Part shown: piece by piece, positions 61,401 to 64,000 of the stretch
Layout: every line of letters starts with the position of its first letter
How positions within the stretch are numbered: position 1 is the stretch's first letter
Virus record (IMG/VR): IMGVR_UViG_3300023714_000001
From: a virus
Lineage: Duplodnaviria > Caudoviricetes
Direction: 5' to 3' (one strand)
DNA: 64,000 nucleotides
Notes under the pieces: generated by a model
Database searches by the model: none
What the model was told of the DNA's origin: nothing
The model's input: the letters and a program-made list of their open reading frames with translations, nothing else
Translations under genes and position numbers: made by a program

Positions 61401-64000
61401 GAGAGTTCATATTCGCATAGGATACGGTGCTGACGCTTCCCATCTGCCAATCAGTTTTAATGGAATGATAGCCGAAGTAGATAATGGCGATACCGTAAAA
61501 CTCATTTGTCAGAGTGATGGCGGTGAGATTTGTAAGCCGATTCTTTTAGAGAAAAAAGCTTCCGAGTTGCAGGGGATTGATGGAGTCGGTTGGTCATCTG
61601 TTGCTGAAAATGGAGATACGCCCAAGAATATCATGCGCAGCCTGATGTGTTTAAAAGGCGGTCTTATCAATTCGTGGATGCATGACAAGGGAATGGATGA
61701 CGCAGCAAATCTTATCGGGACACCGATTAATCCGTTAGGGATATACCACTTTGGTAATCCGGATATGGCATACGCCGGGGACCCGGAGCCGGTGCAAAAC
61801 ATTTTTGAAATTGGCCTGAAAACGGGGTCTGATAGGTATCTGAATGTCACGGGTGATGACCATAAAGAGGGTATGCTTGAAGGTATAGCAAATACCATCA
61901 ATGGCAAAGATGAGGATATTGCAACCCATCTGCAGTTTGAGGTTTTTGGCAAAACCGTATGGGATGTAGCAAATATCTGCCGCAGTACTGACCCGGAATA
62001 CTATGCAGCTGTCCGCCCGTTCCATTTGCGTTCTACATTGTTTATTGGACGCGCCCATGACTATTATGCATATGACTATGAGCAGAAAGGCGGCTCGTGG
62101 GTTGAAAAACGCAAACCGTTCCAGCAGGCACATATTTATACGTCACTTACTGATATTATAGATAACAAGCTGGCGGTCTCCCCAAAAGACATAAAAACAT
62201 GCGCCATTGGTATGTATGAAGTAGAAGGTTTCATGAACGCCAAGGTGCAGAAGAAAACCGATCCGCAATGGGTTGATGCCGCAATATACCCGGAATTTCA
62301 GAAGACAATGTATGTAGATACAAAACTCTTTGGTGAAGGTTCAAGAAAACTGGGGATTGTTAGTGATGTTGTCGGATGGTTTAGCAATGGCATATTTAAT
62401 AGCTGGCTGGATCGTGGCTTCGACAAAGAAGGCGATGCACAAAATCATCATGCTCTTGCTGTTAAGATGACCATAAGTGCTCTTAAGGATGCAATGAAAG
62501 AAATGTACCAGGGCAATATTGTTGTTATCGGCGACCCGACAGTTCAGCCTAACGACCGCATGATTCTTAATGATACTTACAACTACATTAACGGCCAGTG
62601 TCTTGTCCGGGATGTTGTTCAGGTATTCTCTTGTGAAGGTGGGTTTAGGACGGTAATTACTCCGGACCTCATCACGTCTCAGGTTGGAGAAGCTGCTGCT
62701 GGAGAAGAGAAGATCCAGTCACAGAACTGCCTTTTAACAAACCTGTTCGTCGGGCCGATAGGCGCTTATGTCGGGGCTAAACTTATGCAAGGGTCGGCAA
62801 CAAAATTACTTGAAGGTATCAATAGTATAAAGAATAGTGAAAAGCTCGCAAAGGCCGGAAACTTTATCAGGAGCACAGGCTCTGCTATAAATGAGAGCAA
62901 AGTTGTGCAGGTAGGGAAAAATGTTCTGAGCGGATTCTCTAAGTTTGGGAATATGATCAGTAAAGCCAGCAAGGCGTTTCGTGCAGTTTCTGCCGCTGCT
63001 AGTGTTGGAGAAGCCGCGGTAGGTGCAGCAGTTTCTGATGGCGCATCGGCTGTGGCCACGGCGGCCCTCGGGTATCTTGCAGCTCCACTCGTTCCGGTAT
63101 GTGCCCTTGGGCTTGGTGCCATAGAGGATATGGTTGCAAGCAAATTCAACAGCAGAAAAACTCTTGTCATATTTCCTCTTATGAAATATAACAAAGTTTA
63201 TGTTGGCGGCATAGATGGCCATGTTGGCTCCGTATATGGCGCACCAAACTTTGGTTCAGAAGATGCGATACAATCCATATTCACCAAAATGAAAAATGCG
63301 AGCAACTACTTGTCAATATCAGGCATATTTAATTTCTTGTATGGCAAAGGCGGGATAATGGACATCCATCAGAGTTTTGGCCTGGACGAATGTCAAAAGA
63401 TTGCTAATGATGAAGGGCTCGCTCAAATGGCTTATCGTCAGATAAACAACAGCCAGATAAATAATTTCTCGAAAGCGTCTTTTAATCCACTAAAGCCTCG
63501 TATGTCTGTACGCAGCCACAATGCAATACAGAAGGCGCAGAATCTTTACGGCATAACCGGAAAAACCCCGGATGATATTAATGCCGATACAAAGATGAAA
63601 GAAATGAAGAGCGTTATTCACGACGAAACCTTGAAGCAGTATTTTACCAACGGATTCTTCCGTGTGGCCGCACACGAAAAAGGGTTTACGGCAGACATTA
63701 GCGACAAGATCAAATGTATCTGCATTAAAAATCCGGACAGCGAAGAGTACTACTATATTAATGCAATCTATGACAGTAATGGGTGCTATGATATACCGTT
63801 TGTACATAAAGAAGCGGCAGGAGTTCTGCATGATATCATCGTGAGATCTTTCATCTTTATGGCTGGTACAGAGCAGGAGCGCGACGCTTTTAAATGGTAT
63901 GAGGATAACAAAAATTCGTTCATAACACTGACTTCGGCATTAAAATGTGGCTCGACTACCAATTATGAGTCAACAGGGTTTTCGTTCGTGCTGACCGCTT
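55405..64000 (+). CDS. Giant virion protein (>2865 aa, runs off the window) with N-terminal thermonuclease and later baseplate-hub-like domain
   Basis: TTG after GGAGG; no stop in the stretches I translated and no terminated ORF in this frame in the track; KVDDGDTL, IRFAGLDTKE, DAYGRCISAVY; later RVHIRIGYG...FNGMI and GNIVVIGDPTVQPND. Confidence 0.8.
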   Translation, partial: MVTDLKNPAIGLPDMGDYYYDAPDQEAYFGEMDKNLNSVRRDKANSVEAYRFYQEDPPQPGADEKGKVYVFDVELGAKGIGDDSEEVAGIKVDDGDTLAIPIGSIKVPDEKCEKYLSYIKGYVSTHNSSGDATAINIRFAGLDTKELPHYRKISMDELNKKELSEVNLSAALGDDNYMVSKYKSWMQTRKTLDKAYDGYKTKGTFFDYAQPSDSVVQVVKMDDDKYHQYFSDGTNGYVLVANATNNYSPETIADAGLGRDVVVNALNDAEAMRIVIDATQITRDGGSIKTMFDTELYGTGIGNEVSRQLDMMFDSYTKHQRPGFNTWGQDAYGRCISAVYVKIKGKWINLNKLVIADTNMTEINKYNNGDQSSTVIDLDSYEYDRKAYADSLYADTSKFDDREQVQKQIFGQTWKALKEWTVTIGDVTLFVPPTSIRTLTQTKAERMPLIRAKGSMAKSSTKNQRIIEMDLYFNEDRGINGYEYKTNTRPDNKGKDVTYWMNGLRALYAQFRLAPFLPIESHYINTVLGVDAVSLVNFSCETVPNFPKLIKATIQLSEFEYRIYMPEIPYDDGSDDETEVRNYFSKQINYPLFRYYYQRLLRNGEELKDVKFLDKKYITSTFGNKTCLVPAKFVDPYIRFYVPNKNQLEKLKKAKLERMARPNTVRSISKTELNFADEMSKVKNEIDYINTSQSPIDKVNDYLKAPDMDGYILAGINGKIMIGKAGDANTFVPDPEKTKAFESLMGEAAAYYENGLTSLRREDGQPLCQKQGTLTFGPSNSDGSIYGAYFSINIEYPDISEDSLNNLRTLSSVSGVASADETFVNRNLRLRMSVDLGESNLTYATNIVKGAALGKGESLFYFDTNADSSFLNFLTEVNNKQGVGGNEDANEAKAMVDYVSAATLEFEPYNDDEDFLVEAIHVSTSNTFSQITLQETSGYAPQYMGGTDVSLQISMYTQSEKAASAINALPHVSAEFARNYRLVLAAWPLKIETEFTKLFGITDVMVEACEVDTVPNYPGLYHITMSLVSVDRSLRNRESLKQKDMKNFHNLSVQGVARERRWSYTQMAEFLSEAELYPDLELPPLKELAESGFNFIRYSNTKRVYPDPDFYFTYSYVLMSQLIREAVLNALNSDACQTVVRDTTGKEISGSLAERIGSWNRNYELSKGWDKDLGSVFQNDDLIAARIITDWENVADDERDETWTIAPNVKVAMMEKRMLNRINDSSKQSYQEKNGADIHSSTTYDNVDGLKQPATGQTTETDKDGNVTELKDAPDNQNSTESKDTNDIGLSKENDAKNLEKLKQQQQDIKDEKATGKYSSIMYKKNEDISNRINGVIKHYQNISIDEMGDGIGDIVQQLVAAFNTCPKYNNSHIEGVPGQGKSEIPNGMFGKIPAFLDAAADAICSNNGVDYSEESAEHFNHTATTVGGAAATGALAGSVVAGPVGTVVGGAAGAAVGGATAFVAAATGVHDNNGKSPWKHSTKYRGRLKIDGIEQMWAFDDDDPQKDYKVEMIAKNATEFGYFNFKFYTPEELEDRFGYYGHIEQDNTVENSETVVEAHPRMGRYLADPYYRYADAKVQEEYVRRCLTDYGFAKKAFLRICILYMQVLVSYNVFPSFSYDVMRDALTYEENLQKIVTGMEELRKKKAEEERTKSETQKQYGTSKKYSQKKQPGEVKADAANVVSYVGAAIPEGTTGNTKDAKEEDKKKSAEGENKEGENKEGAEAKKANDNPGIPDIAAATMVTKANVSKIASQINKNKEAMDNGKLFLMCAMGVVDGDKNFLQLLLNREYDALNAIAGAACSGKASPNKKDATYETRLRSFIRALAGENVIDNSLIGSGETEAPSAVVAQNDSRANCSAASEDPTMYMVHSFYDMVVHDCRGRMLRAFPTFYMFFIDEGRKIGKFRLHDNFYNTNAISSITISKSRKNPTDVAEVVMTNFFNTFTTEDEDLNMNYSANFTDVFKSLWLPTLQSYAVDEEERRTNAPKAERFRLRPGARVHIRIGYGADASHLPISFNGMIAEVDNGDTVKLICQSDGGEICKPILLEKKASELQGIDGVGWSSVAENGDTPKNIMRSLMCLKGGLINSWMHDKGMDDAANLIGTPINPLGIYHFGNPDMAYAGDPEPVQNIFEIGLKTGSDRYLNVTGDDHKEGMLEGIANTINGKDEDIATHLQFEVFGKTVWDVANICRSTDPEYYAAVRPFHLRSTLFIGRAHDYYAYDYEQKGGSWVEKRKPFQQAHIYTSLTDIIDNKLAVSPKDIKTCAIGMYEVEGFMNAKVQKKTDPQWVDAAIYPEFQKTMYVDTKLFGEGSRKLGIVSDVVGWFSNGIFNSWLDRGFDKEGDAQNHHALAVKMTISALKDAMKEMYQGNIVVIGDPTVQPNDRMILNDTYNYINGQCLVRDVVQVFSCEGGFRTVITPDLITSQVGEAAAGEEKIQSQNCLLTNLFVGPIGAYVGAKLMQGSATKLLEGINSIKNSEKLAKAGNFIRSTGSAINESKVVQVGKNVLSGFSKFGNMISKASKAFRAVSAAASVGEAAVGAAVSDGASAVATAALGYLAAPLVPVCALGLGAIEDMVASKFNSRKTLVIFPLMKYNKVYVGGIDGHVGSVYGAPNFGSEDAIQSIFTKMKNASNYLSISGIFNFLYGKGGIMDIHQSFGLDECQKIANDEGLAQMAYRQINNSQINNFSKASFNPLKPRMSVRSHNAIQKAQNLYGITGKTPDDINADTKMKEMKSVIHDETLKQYFTNGFFRVAAHEKGFTADISDKIKCICIKNPDSEEYYYINAIYDSNGCYDIPFVHKEAAGVLHDIIVRSFIFMAGTEQERDAFKWYEDNKNSFITLTSALKCGSTTNYESTGFSFVLTA

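Noticed and set aside
55907-63844. Small ORFs listed in the last 8.6 kb
   Set aside because: They overlap the continuous plus-strand giant ORF starting at 55405

Overview
The window is the virion-morphogenesis region of a large contractile-tailed phage with Bacillota-type GGAGG ribosome-binding sites. It appears to be a phage-plasmid, because ParA/ParB with a palindrome and a Rep_3-like initiator with iterons and DnaA boxes sit antisense inside the late genes. Gene order is: putative small terminase, small Gly-rich proteins, large terminase, tail lysozyme, ParB/ParA, portal, protease/scaffold, decoration protein, major capsid, neck proteins, sheath, tube and tube paralogs, RNA ligase, Rep/ori, chaperones, then three giant proteins (2231 aa, 3080 aa, and one of >2865 aa that the ORF track misses). 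The ORF track also hides three group I introns that can be rebuilt by hand. Two split terL at its Walker A motif and next to its nuclease Asp; one splits the tail-tube gene. The most unusual features are these. (1) terL intron 1 carries two paralogous non-endonuclease genes in its P8 loop. (2) The tail-tube intron has no possible canonical U-G 5' splice site at the junction homology requires. (3) The 3080-aa protein in the tail module has RNA polymerase beta'/beta-like catalytic motifs (RQP...NGDKDGD) fused to a DEDDh exonuclease. A recurring intergenic GGTAATA motif is a candidate phage promoter. All calls come from reading motifs and base-pairing by eye; no searches were run.
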